Source: Nitrospirota bacterium (GTDB taxonomy: Bacteria; Nitrospirota; UBA9217). From it: a DNA stretch of 64,000 nucleotides. The position numbers and the translations under genes are program-made. Under the pieces are notes generated by a model, which saw only the letters and a list, made by a program, of their open reading frames with translations, did no database searches and was not told where the DNA came from. How positions within the stretch are numbered: position 1 is the stretch's first letter; every line of letters begins with the position of its first letter. The stretch covers positions 416,001-480,000 of the forward strand of contig CAWBNQ010000005.1 in NCBI GenBank assembly GCA_963790205.1. The letters run 5' to 3'. Of the stretch, positions 10,884 through 19,070 are shown one piece after another.

Positions 10884-11466
10884 CTACTTGTTGATATTTA
10901 TCAAGCTTTTTAATCTTTGCGTCTCTTTCCATACTGCATCGGCGAACCCTTTGTCTTCAAAAGCGACCACTCCCACCAGCTCGCGGTTGAGGATCCTGCC
11001 GAGTTCATCCCTGGTGAAGAGCGTTGTCTGGGGCAAAGAAGCAGTCCTCTGATCGGCCACCTTCTCCCTGGTCCCGTGAGCGATATCACACGTATAAAGG
11101 ATCAACTCCGCGCGGCCTTTCTCCAGGGCGTCATTCACCGCTGAATAACCGGCCGCCAGGGTACCCGCCTTCGCGGCCATGGAGATAAGGGACCTCACCT
11201 TTTCCGTAATCGTTGCTTCGAGCGCTGCAATAAAGGCTTCGGCCTCCGGAGGCCTGACTTTGAGATGCAGCGCCCGTGACAGATTTCCCTTCTCCAGGGC
11301 CTTTCTTATGCATTCCACCCGCGGGCAGACATAGGCCGCGCGGCCCGGGAGCTTCTCGCGGTAATCGATCACGGCCCCGTCCGGGCCCGCGACGATCCGC
11401 ACGACTTCCTCTTTTTTAAAAACACCCCGGCATCCGATGCAGGTCCGTTCCGGCTTGATGTTTCAT
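10884..11466 (-). CDS. YlxR (DUF448)-L7Ae fusion protein; one extra base near 5' end
   Basis: PERTCIGC...GRAAYVCPRVEC (YlxR) fused to L7Ae-like half; ATG AAA CAT CAA at 11466 is one base out of frame with PERTCIGC. Confidence 0.85.
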
Positions 11467-11490
11467 GGCATGCACCGGCGCCGCGGCCGT

Positions 11491-12849
11491 TTATTTCCCC
11501 ACCTGCGCGCGCGCGGACAGGAGGATCTTCTGAGCGGTTTTCTCGCCGATGCCCGGAACAGCCAGTATCTCCTCATCGGACATTGCGGCGATCTTTTCGA
11601 TCGTGTCGTAGCCCGCCTGCTTCAACTGTTCCGCGGTCCTGGGCCCCACGCCTTCGATGCTCGTAAGATCGACACCGGCCGGCACGTCGTTCGCCGCGGC
11701 CTCGGCTGCGTGCGCCTCCGCTTCCATGGTCTCAGCCGCCTCGGTCTCCTCGGCCATCTTGCGGGTCTCCTCGACTATGGCCGCTTCGATTTCCTGCTCG
11801 CGCTCTTTCTGGCGCTCCTGATCGTACTCGGACTCGCTCAGGATATCGATCTTCCAGCCCGTCAATTTTGCCGCAAGCCGAACGTTCTGGCCCTTCTTGC
11901 CGATCGCGAGCGACAGCTGGGTATCGGCCACCACGGCCAGGGCCGAACGGTCCTCTTCGGTCACCCCGACCTTTTCCACGACGGCCGGGCTCAGCGCCTT
12001 GGCAATAAAGATACGCGGGTCCTCGGACCAGGGGATGATATCGATCTTCTCGCCGTGAAGCTCGCGTACCACGGCCTGCACACGGGAGCCTTTCATACCG
12101 ACGCAGGCGCCCACCGGGTCGACCTGGGATTCCTTCGACTTCACGGCGATCTTGGTACGGTCGCCCGCCTCACGGACCACGCCTTTGACTTCCACGATGT
12201 TCTCGTAGATCTCGGGCACTTCCATTTCGAAGAGCCGGGCGACGAAATCCGGATGCGCGCGGGAAAGCACCACCTGCGGACCCTTGGAGGTGTCCCTCAC
12301 CTCGAGCACGTAGGCCCTGACGCGGTCGCCCCTGCGGTAGCTTTCCCGCTGCACCTGCTCGCGGGCGGGCAGCACCGCTTCGGTCTTGCCCAGGTCGATG
12401 TAGTAGGCGCCCTTCTCGTGCCGGAGCACGATGCCGTTCACGAGCTGGCCGATCTTGTCGTTGAATTCCTTCAGGATCACGTCCCGTTCAGCCTCGCGCA
12501 CTTTCTGCACAATGACCTGGCGGGCGGTCTGGGCGGCGATCCTGCCGAACCCCTGGAACTCCACCTGGAGCGGCACTTCCCCGTCCATCTGGGCGTCGGG
12601 GTAGAGCCCGATCGCCTCTTCGAGGGTTATTTCCTCCTCCGGGTTGGTGACCGCGGGCACGACCTTCTTATACGCGTACATGATGATATCGCCCCGCTTG
12701 GGGTCGATCTGCACGGCGATCCGCTGGGCGCCGTACTTCTTCTTGGCGGCGCTCACGAGGGCCGACTCAACGGCCTCGATCACATTTTCCTTTGATATGC
12801 CCTTTTCCTTGCTGATCTGGTCTATCACATGAATCAATTCCTGACTCAT
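11491..12849 (-). CDS. nusA: Transcription termination/antitermination factor NusA with C-terminal HhH domain
   Basis: FGRIAAQTARQVI, DPVGACVGMKGSRV, SLAIGKKGQNVRLA. Confidence 0.99.
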   Translation of the reverse strand: MSQELIHVIDQISKEKGISKENVIEAVESALVSAAKKKYGAQRIAVQIDPKRGDIIMYAYKKVVPAVTNPEEEITLEEAIGLYPDAQMDGEVPLQVEFQGFGRIAAQTARQVIVQKVREAERDVILKEFNDKIGQLVNGIVLRHEKGAYYIDLGKTEAVLPAREQVQRESYRRGDRVRAYVLEVRDTSKGPQVVLSRAHPDFVARLFEMEVPEIYENIVEVKGVVREAGDRTKIAVKSKESQVDPVGACVGMKGSRVQAVVRELHGEKIDIIPWSEDPRIFIAKALSPAVVEKVGVTEEDRSALAVVADTQLSLAIGKKGQNVRLAAKLTGWKIDILSESEYDQERQKEREQEIEAAIVEETRKMAEETEAAETMEAEAHAAEAAANDVPAGVDLTSIEGVGPRTAEQLKQAGYDTIEKIAAMSDEEILAVPGIGEKTAQKILLSARAQVGK

Positions 12850-12878
12850 ACGTCTATCTCCTCCTGAAAATAAATAAA

Positions 12879-12955
12879 AGGCTTAGGTTAAGGTTGAGGC
12901 TGAAGTTGAGAAGCTAAGATTAGAAGTCCTCAACCTAAACCTGGACCTTGACCTG
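12879..12955. repeat. Hexamer-unit palindromic intergenic repeat (AGGTTG-type / CAACCT-type arms)
   Basis: GGTTAAGGTTGAGGCTGAAGTTGAG ... CTCAACCTAAACCTGGACCTTGACCT; related copies at 25327 and 28551. Confidence 0.7.
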
Positions 12956-12963
12956 GATTTTTA

Positions 12964-13428
12964 CTAAAACTCCACCTCAAGCGAGGCCTTGGTGATGTTC
13001 GTCATCGATATCTCCAAAACCGTTCCCGCTTCAAGCTCGATCGTCACGACAGAATCAGCCATGCCCAGCAGTTTCCCCCGGAACACCTTCTCGCCGTTGA
13101 TCGGCTGATAGGTCTTTATTTTGACCGCGCTCCCCGCAAAGCGGATAAAGTGCTCCGGCTTCGAGAGCGTCCGGTCAAGGCCCGGCGACGAGACCTCGAG
13201 CGTATAAGCGTGCGGGATGATGTCCTCAACGTCCAGCGCAGCGCTTAAGTCCCTGCTCACCGTCTCGCAGTCCTGCAGCGTCACGCCACCGTCGATCTCG
13301 CGGTCGATATAGACCCTGAGGAGCCATTTCGGCCCCTGTTTCTGGAATTCCAGGTCCCAAAGGTCCAGCCCCATGGACAGGAGGATCGGATCGAGTATCT
13401 GCCGTATCTGCTCCGCGGCCTCGGACAT
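12964..13428 (-). CDS. rimP: Ribosome maturation factor RimP
   Basis: LLRVYID...DCETVSR...YTLEVSSPGLDR; first gene of nusA operon. Confidence 0.97.
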   Translation of the reverse strand: MSEAAEQIRQILDPILLSMGLDLWDLEFQKQGPKWLLRVYIDREIDGGVTLQDCETVSRDLSAALDVEDIIPHAYTLEVSSPGLDRTLSKPEHFIRFAGSAVKIKTYQPINGEKVFRGKLLGMADSVVTIELEAGTVLEISMTNITKASLEVEF

Positions 13429-13440
13429 TGCGTCCCCCAA

Positions 13441-13471
13441 ATAAAAAGAGTGGGCAAGAAATGCCCACTCT
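13441..13471 (-). promoter_or_regulatory. rimP-leader attenuator-like hairpin
   Basis: Minus strand AGAGTGGGCA-TTTCT-TGCCCACTCT followed by TTTTATTT just before rimP RBS; matches the conserved GAGTGGG...CCCACTC rimP leader. Confidence 0.75.
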
Positions 13472-13680
13472 CAAAGGATTTTCCCAGAGTGTTAGGTACT
13501 TTTTAACATACCGGAACGGAGAATGCAAGGAAAAAGTGCATTCTATCGATCAAAAAAGGACCTGTTTGTAGCGAGCTTAGTAGTGTTCCAAAAAATTCTG
13601 CCGGTTCTTTCGTCATCGAAAATGGCTAATACTGCTCTTCTAGTCCCACATCAAAGTGCGCAACGGGTGCAATATGTCCC

Positions 13681-14210
13681 CTATGGTCCTTCATCTCTTG
13701 AGATGGTGCGTCGCCAAATAACGCGAAGTTCCTTCAAGCTTACACTACCGTACAACCTCATCAATAAGTCCACCATGTCTGGCCGTACTATCAAATCAGA
13801 GCCCTCACACTCCATGGGTTCAACATCACTAAAAGAATGAGTGTTCAAAACTCGCCAGGTTCGCAGCACAACAGCAGGATCACCATTTTGATCAGTCCAA
13901 ATGAGGGGGTCCCCATATCCAGGCGTCGCGAGTTGAATATAACTACGTAATTCAATCGGCGGTATAAGCACGAATAAGTCGCCCAACCAATCTCTTATGC
14001 GGTTCAAGGACAACAATGGACCGGCTTGCGGCCGGCTCGGAAAAACTACTACAGGGGGCGCTTCAGATCTCCACCAATCATAAACATCACCGTCTCTAAA
14101 AGGAAAAGCACCCGACGGTATAGTTGCACCTATCGGCACAGTTATCGCCCCGGACAATAGAGTTACAGATGTACTCGGTCGTTCATGTGGATTGTCCGGA
14201 TCGGTGACGT
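13681..14210 (-). pseudogene. C-terminal fragment of interrupted accessory gene (unknown function)
   Basis: Open frame of about 176 codons whose only start (GTG 14217) lies inside the IS end; composition differs from core genes. Confidence 0.6.
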
Positions 14211-14240
14211 TGTGCACGCTAGCAGTTTATGATAAAAATC

Positions 14241-15284
14241 CTAGAGAAAATTGGGTGACACTTTTCCGTTGATCGTAACGGTAATAAACCCTTTCATCCT
14301 CAGCCAGGCCTCGACGGCGATCCGCCAGGCTGCTTGCGACTGAACACTACCATCACTGCATAGTATATCACCTTGCAAGTTTGTCATCCAGTCATAGGCA
14401 GCGCTCCTTTCCCATTTGGTAAACGTTTTTTTGTTCGTGAAGTACACTTGGCAGGCGTTGCCGCCATGCAGGCACGGACGGGGTTGGTGGTTAAGGTCAT
14501 GTTCAACCGTCGATGCATATGCCTCCATGTGCTCGCGCGGACAACTGGACTTATACAAGAGTTTTGCAGCAAGCCCGTTCTTCAGCTCGGTTTGTGCCTC
14601 TTCGATCGCGCCGTTGTAGGGCGGATAATGGACTGGACTGTTCAACGGCAGGACGAAGTAGTCGGCGAGCACAGCATTGACCGCTGCATGATTCAGGTTC
14701 GCGCCATTGTCGCGCTTGAGGAACAGAGGCGCACCGAAGCGATCGAAGGTCGCTGCGAGATAGCCGGATATCTCTTCGCCGCAGGGCACATCTCCCGTCA
14801 TAGGAGTGAACTTGTAGCGAGACGCGAGGTCCTGCATATGGTTCAGGTACACCTTGCCACCGTCTGTGTCACGATGTTTGTATTCACAGGGGTCCATTGA
14901 CCACGCGACGTTTGGCACGTTCCAGCTGATCCGCCGCAGATTCTGACGATGGAGTGTATTGAGGTCATGCCTCGCCATAGCGACCATGCTCTGCAGGTCT
15001 CGCCGTGACACAGAGGACGCGTGGCTCCCGTATAATGCGCCCGTGCCCTGCGTGCGGCTCTGCCCGTGAGACAGCTTTGCGATATCCCCTGTAATCCCCT
15101 CAAGATCCGGAGGCTTGACCTTGGGAGGACCCGGTTGCCGCACGAGGGGCGTGGCGTTCTTCTGTCGCAGACGCCAACGGATAAAGCTCGGGTAGGGGAG
15201 CCTCACGGCACTGCAGATCTCCTGGTAGTGCATACCGGTTTTCTCTCTCATCCGGTCAACAACGGCAAGCATACTGGTTATCAT
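14241..15284 (-). CDS. Second DDE integrase/transposase (rve-like core)
   Basis: AWSMD...QDLASRY...LKRDNG...PPYNGAIEE triad; ATGA overlap with upstream HTH ORF; stop lies inside left TIR. Confidence 0.85.
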   Translation of the reverse strand: MITSMLAVVDRMREKTGMHYQEICSAVRLPYPSFIRWRLRQKNATPLVRQPGPPKVKPPDLEGITGDIAKLSHGQSRTQGTGALYGSHASSVSRRDLQSMVAMARHDLNTLHRQNLRRISWNVPNVAWSMDPCEYKHRDTDGGKVYLNHMQDLASRYKFTPMTGDVPCGEEISGYLAATFDRFGAPLFLKRDNGANLNHAAVNAVLADYFVLPLNSPVHYPPYNGAIEEAQTELKNGLAAKLLYKSSCPREHMEAYASTVEHDLNHQPRPCLHGGNACQVYFTNKKTFTKWERSAAYDWMTNLQGDILCSDGSVQSQAAWRIAVEAWLRMKGFITVTINGKVSPNFL

Positions 15285-15667
15285 TTCTTCCTTCGCTTTC
15301 GTTTTTTTTCCTCCGACTCGTCAGCTCTTTTTTTCACACGGGCATTGTGGAGTTCATACGCGTGCAGCATGTCCCGCACTTCTACCGTTTTCTTAGCGAC
15401 AAAGAGCTTGTTCTGGAGCTCAGCGATTTGCTCCTGTAAACGCTGTTTCTCCTCGTCCTGCGGTATACTCGGCCTTCCAGGGGATTTATCCTCCATGGCC
15501 TCGGTCATCGCCTGTAATGCCCGGCGCTCCCACTCGTAGTAGGTCTTCCGCGACACGCCGAGCCTCCGTGCGCCTTCCTCGGCCGTGATCTGGCCGCTGC
15601 GCACTGCAAACACCACCGCAGTCCGCTTTCGGGCAAGCTCCTTGTCTTCTGAGTCGCTCATGCACAC
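15281..15667 (-). CDS. HTH protein with coiled-coil, IS OrfA-like
   Basis: ITAEEGARRLGVSRKTYYEWERRAL HTH, PGRP, coiled-coil EEKQRLQEQIAELQNKL. Confidence 0.82.
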   Translation of the reverse strand: MCMSDSEDKELARKRTAVVFAVRSGQITAEEGARRLGVSRKTYYEWERRALQAMTEAMEDKSPGRPSIPQDEEKQRLQEQIAELQNKLFVAKKTVEVRDMLHAYELHNARVKKRADESEEKKRKRRKK

Positions 15668-15678
15668 CGACCTTTCCG

Positions 15679-16074
15679 TTATGGGGTCTCAGCCTTGCGC
15701 AGGGGGGAGCTTTCGGGCTTCAGGTCCTTTAGCTTCTCCGGTTTCCTTGCTTCCTGCGCCTTCGACAGCGTCTTTTCCAGCCTGTTCTGTACCGGGAGCA
15801 TCAGGCGCTTTTTCTCCAGCATCGTCTGCAGCCGCGGGCTGAGCGCCGGCCCCTTGTCCAGGATCACCCGGGGTTCCAGAGCCTGGAGCATTCCCTCCAT
15901 CGCCCGTTTCTGCCACTGGGAGAGCACCATCCACGGTATCCCCATCTCCCGGCATACTTCCGCCGGCCTCCGCCGCTCCGTCCATATTGAGAGAACCGCC
16001 CGGCATTTCTCCATCGCCCCGTGGTTTGTCATCTGCCGCTTCTTCTCGCTTTTTATCTTCTCCGTTTTTTCCAT
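15679..16074 (-). CDS. HTH protein overprinted on the C-terminal tail of the transposase
   Basis: PAEVCREMGIPWMVLSQWQKRAMEGMLQAL resembles the HTH of 15281-15667; purine-rich RBS-like sequence upstream of ATG. Confidence 0.65.
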   Translation of the reverse strand: MEKTEKIKSEKKRQMTNHGAMEKCRAVLSIWTERRRPAEVCREMGIPWMVLSQWQKRAMEGMLQALEPRVILDKGPALSPRLQTMLEKKRLMLPVQNRLEKTLSKAQEARKPEKLKDLKPESSPLRKAETP

Positions 16075-17236
16075 GGCCGGCCCCTTCTTCGTTTAGATTG
16101 TAGACTACTTCCTGCGTGGTGTCATCCTCTTCATCGTCAACCGATAGACGCAGCTTGCCCTTTTCCGCCCGCAGCACTACCGACTGCCCCTCCATGCGGC
16201 CCACCATGTAGAACGGCAGCTTGGGCTTCCCGCGGAGCGCCATCTCGAGGAGATTCTCCTGGATGCCATGCTCGATCGTCTTCCTGAGCTCGCTCTGGAT
16301 CTCAAAATACCGGTCCGCGGGACACAGGCCGCCGATCCCCTGGTGCGGTCGTTTGTGGTTGTAATACTTCACCCACTGCCGTATCCGCTCGGCGGCGTCC
16401 TCGAAGCTATCGAACTGCGCTCTGACAAGAAACTCCAGGTAGATCGTCTTCCAGAACCGTTCGATTTTGCCCAGGGTCATAGGGTGGTGTGGTTGGGATT
16501 TGATGTGGTGGATCTTGTCTTTCTTGAGCTCCAGCTCAAAACGGCTGTGCCCGCGCCAGCTCGTATACTGCCGCCCGTTATCCGTGAGCATCTCTTTCGG
16601 CGGGTTGTACTCGGAGGACGCCCGGCGGTATACCTCGATAACGTTCTGGCCCGTCTGAGTGCGGAAAAGCTCGAGCCCCGTGATGTAGCGGGAGTAATCA
16701 TCGATGTAGCCGATCAGGTACGCATAGTGGCCGCCAAGACGGAACGTGAAGATGTCCGTTTGCCACAGCTGGTTCGGCGTTGATCGTTCGAAAAAACGGG
16801 GACGGGTGATATTACGCTGACGCTTCTTAGGCGGGGACTTGATGAGGGATGAATCGTGAAGGGTCTTGCGGACTGTTTCAGGGCTGGCGGAAAGAAAAAA
16901 CGCCCTCTTTAAAACCTGTGAAATGCGCTTGATGCCGAAGAGCGGGTTGGCTTCTTTTACCTCGACGATCTTCTGCCTTACCGGAGAAGGAAGACTGCGC
17001 CCCTTACCTCTGTAATGCGTTGCGAGCCCCGCTTCGCCATGACGACGATAGTCGCGCACCCAGCGCCCGACCGTCCCACTGCTCAATCCGCATTCCTGCC
17101 GAATCACCGAAGCAGGGACGCTTTCTTCAACAAACTTTTTGACGACTTGAAGCTTGAAATCCGGTCCATACCGCTTGCTTCGTTTCGGGAACTTCCTTTT
17201 CCTGCCTACTTGCTGTATACTCTTTTCTGGTTTCAT
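15689..17236 (-). CDS. IS481-family DDE transposase with N-terminal HTHs and acidic/Gly-rich tail
   Basis: NQLWQTDI...IDDYSRY...LTDNGRQY...HPMTLGKIERFW...YNHKRPHQGI; AAGGAG RBS. Confidence 0.93.
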   Translation of the reverse strand: MKPEKSIQQVGRKRKFPKRSKRYGPDFKLQVVKKFVEESVPASVIRQECGLSSGTVGRWVRDYRRHGEAGLATHYRGKGRSLPSPVRQKIVEVKEANPLFGIKRISQVLKRAFFLSASPETVRKTLHDSSLIKSPPKKRQRNITRPRFFERSTPNQLWQTDIFTFRLGGHYAYLIGYIDDYSRYITGLELFRTQTGQNVIEVYRRASSEYNPPKEMLTDNGRQYTSWRGHSRFELELKKDKIHHIKSQPHHPMTLGKIERFWKTIYLEFLVRAQFDSFEDAAERIRQWVKYYNHKRPHQGIGGLCPADRYFEIQSELRKTIEHGIQENLLEMALRGKPKLPFYMVGRMEGQSVVLRAEKGKLRLSVDDEEDDTTQEVVYNLNEEGAGHGKNGEDKKREEAADDKPRGDGEMPGGSLNMDGAAEAGGSMPGDGDTVDGALPVAETGDGGNAPGSGTPGDPGQGAGAQPAAADDAGEKAPDAPGTEQAGKDAVEGAGSKETGEAKGPEARKLPPAQG

Positions 17237-17319
17237 GATGACACTCCTTTCAAAACCTAACTTTGGAGTGTCACCCTATTTCCTCAAATCCTTGTTATCA
17301 TAAACTGGTCGCTAGGACA

Positions 17320-18003
17320 GGCTGGTTCCCTTCCTTGGTTGGGGTATCGTCCGATTCCAACTCGTTCTGACAGTTCATCGATAAGAGCCCGCTCTAGTGG
17401 CCCAGGTTCAGTCAGGCTTGTGGAGGCCATGGGAAGAGATAGCTCGATTATAAATCGATCACAGAAAGTAAGAAAAGCATCACGCCCGATCTCTGCGCCG
17501 GTGCGAGTTGCAGCGAGCAGTGGCCCCCAGACAGGATTGCCGTTGGCAGGCCATATACGGTCACTGCGTAGACGATAGCATTGCGACGGCCAGTTCTCAA
17601 TCGTGGGCTCGGCGCTTGCTGGTTCAAGATACTCAGTCAGCTGATCTTCCGCCAAAGGCGGCTTCCAAGTAGCGCAAAGGCGGTACTGATGAACGTAAGG
17701 AGGCTCTGAGCGGATATGCGTAAGCACTAAACGGTCGATCCGGAGAGATGAGGCGGTCGATGTGAAATCGTTTGACGCGAGAGTACGGAGTGTATTCTCG
17801 CTCGATTTAAACTGTCGTCGAACTCTTCTTCCCGCTGCAGCGACTTCGAGATCGTCTATTCGATCGTCTTCGACTTGTTTGCGATCGACAATTACTGCAT
17901 CGTAGCGCTCGACAACTGCACGCACGAGCATGTACGCAGTTGTGATATCCTGATATAGATAACCTTTGTGTGCAGGTTTTAAATTGCCACGGAGAGGGCT
18001 CAT
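17320..18003 (-). pseudogene. N-terminal PD-(D/E)XK nuclease-like fragment of probable defence protein, truncated by IS
   Basis: AHKGYLYQD...RIDDLEV...RRQFKSS motif pattern of Cap4/Mrr-like effector nucleases; frame runs into the IS end. Confidence 0.65.
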
Positions 18004-18317
18004 TCGGTGCACCTCTGATGCCGAACGAAATAGAACGTTGTTGATGAGCAATGAAAACGGGGTACGAGTTCAGAAAAGATTACTGCTTTTATATGGCAAT
18101 TGTCAACTGTGGAAAACCTCCGAGGAGGATTGTCTCGACTAAACCAACATTAACAATGATAAGTATATAACTGGCGGATCCAGCGGCGTGTCGTGAGCGA
18201 GTGATTAGCGTCGGATTTATACACAGCCAAGGAGTACTTAGGGCCGTAGTTACTTACATTGCGTTGTGGTTCACGCTTAGTCCTTTCTAATCGCCCGCGT
18301 TATGTGGACGCATGGAA

Positions 18318-18815
18318 CTACTTTCCCATCGCGGGCGGCAGGTCTCCCACCTTTGCGTTTCTGTACCATTCAAGAAATTTCTCTGCTTCGGGAGCGCCTT
18401 CCGCAGGTGCCCATTGGGCAAGGTTGCTCTCCGCGATGGGTTTGTACGGCCCCTGCTTGATCTCAAAGACAACCGTGCCGGGTTCAAGCGAAGCCGGTGC
18501 ATGCCAGGTATTCAGGGGAAATTCCAGGACCGTTACCGGGCCGCCTGCCTTGAGCACCGTGCGCTCCAGGACCTTTCCCCTCTCATCGAAAATATTAAGC
18601 GCCAGCGATCCGCGCAGGATAACGAGCACCTCCCAGGTTTCCGGGTCCGAGTGGCGGTGAGGCCGGACATAGGTCCCCGGCTCCATGGCGATGCACAGAC
18701 GCTGCACCGGGTCGTGCAATTCCGGATGAAGGTTGAAATGCGCGCGTTTGCGGGGAGCTTCTTGTGCTTTTTTGGTCAGAGAATCAAGTAATGAGTTGTC
18801 TATCCGTTTCATCAA
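18318..18815 (-). CDS. WbuC-family cupin-fold metalloprotein
   Basis: PRKRAHFNLH...VQRLCIAMEPGTYVRPHRH...WH...FEIKQGPY. Confidence 0.88.
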   Translation of the reverse strand: MMKRIDNSLLDSLTKKAQEAPRKRAHFNLHPELHDPVQRLCIAMEPGTYVRPHRHSDPETWEVLVILRGSLALNIFDERGKVLERTVLKAGGPVTVLEFPLNTWHAPASLEPGTVVFEIKQGPYKPIAESNLAQWAPAEGAPEAEKFLEWYRNAKVGDLPPAMGK

Positions 18816-18850
18816 AACTCCTTCGCGTGCAATCGAGTAATGTCAAACTT

Positions 18851-18981
18851 GATACATTCGTAAAAAGTCTTTTTTAGCCACAGAAGTCACAAAAGGCTCA
18901 GAGAAATTCTTGGGTTTTTAAGGTCTTACTTTGCGCTCTCTGTGCATTTTGTGGCAAATCTTGACTTATTACGAGTTCATC
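18851..18981. mobile_element. 131-bp MITE with 19-bp TIRs and 6-bp target duplication AAACTT
   Basis: GATACATTCGTAAAAAGTC vs reverse complement GATGAACTCGTAATAAGTC (15/19); AAACTT at 18845-18850 and 18982-18987; internal GCCACAGA...TGTGGC palindrome. Confidence 0.75.
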
Positions 18982-19070
18982 AAACTTTAACCACAGAGGA
19001 TACAGAGAAATCCTCAGATGTCAAAAGGTTAAAGAGTCAAGTTGCATCTTTTATTTCATGAAATTTTTCT

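Larger units (their letters stand above)
14211..17319 (-). mobile_element. 3.1-kb IS481-like element with four ORFs (two DDE transposases, two HTH proteins)
   Basis: Ends TGT-N9-CAGTTTATGATAA-N17/18-GGGTGACACT in inverted orientation (14211-14262; 17267-17319); no target duplication outside TGT/ACA. Confidence 0.88.

Noticed and set aside
11463..11471. Sec read-through ATG CCA TGA at the ylxR start
   Set aside because: A one-base indel giving MKHQPERTC is simpler; no redox motif context
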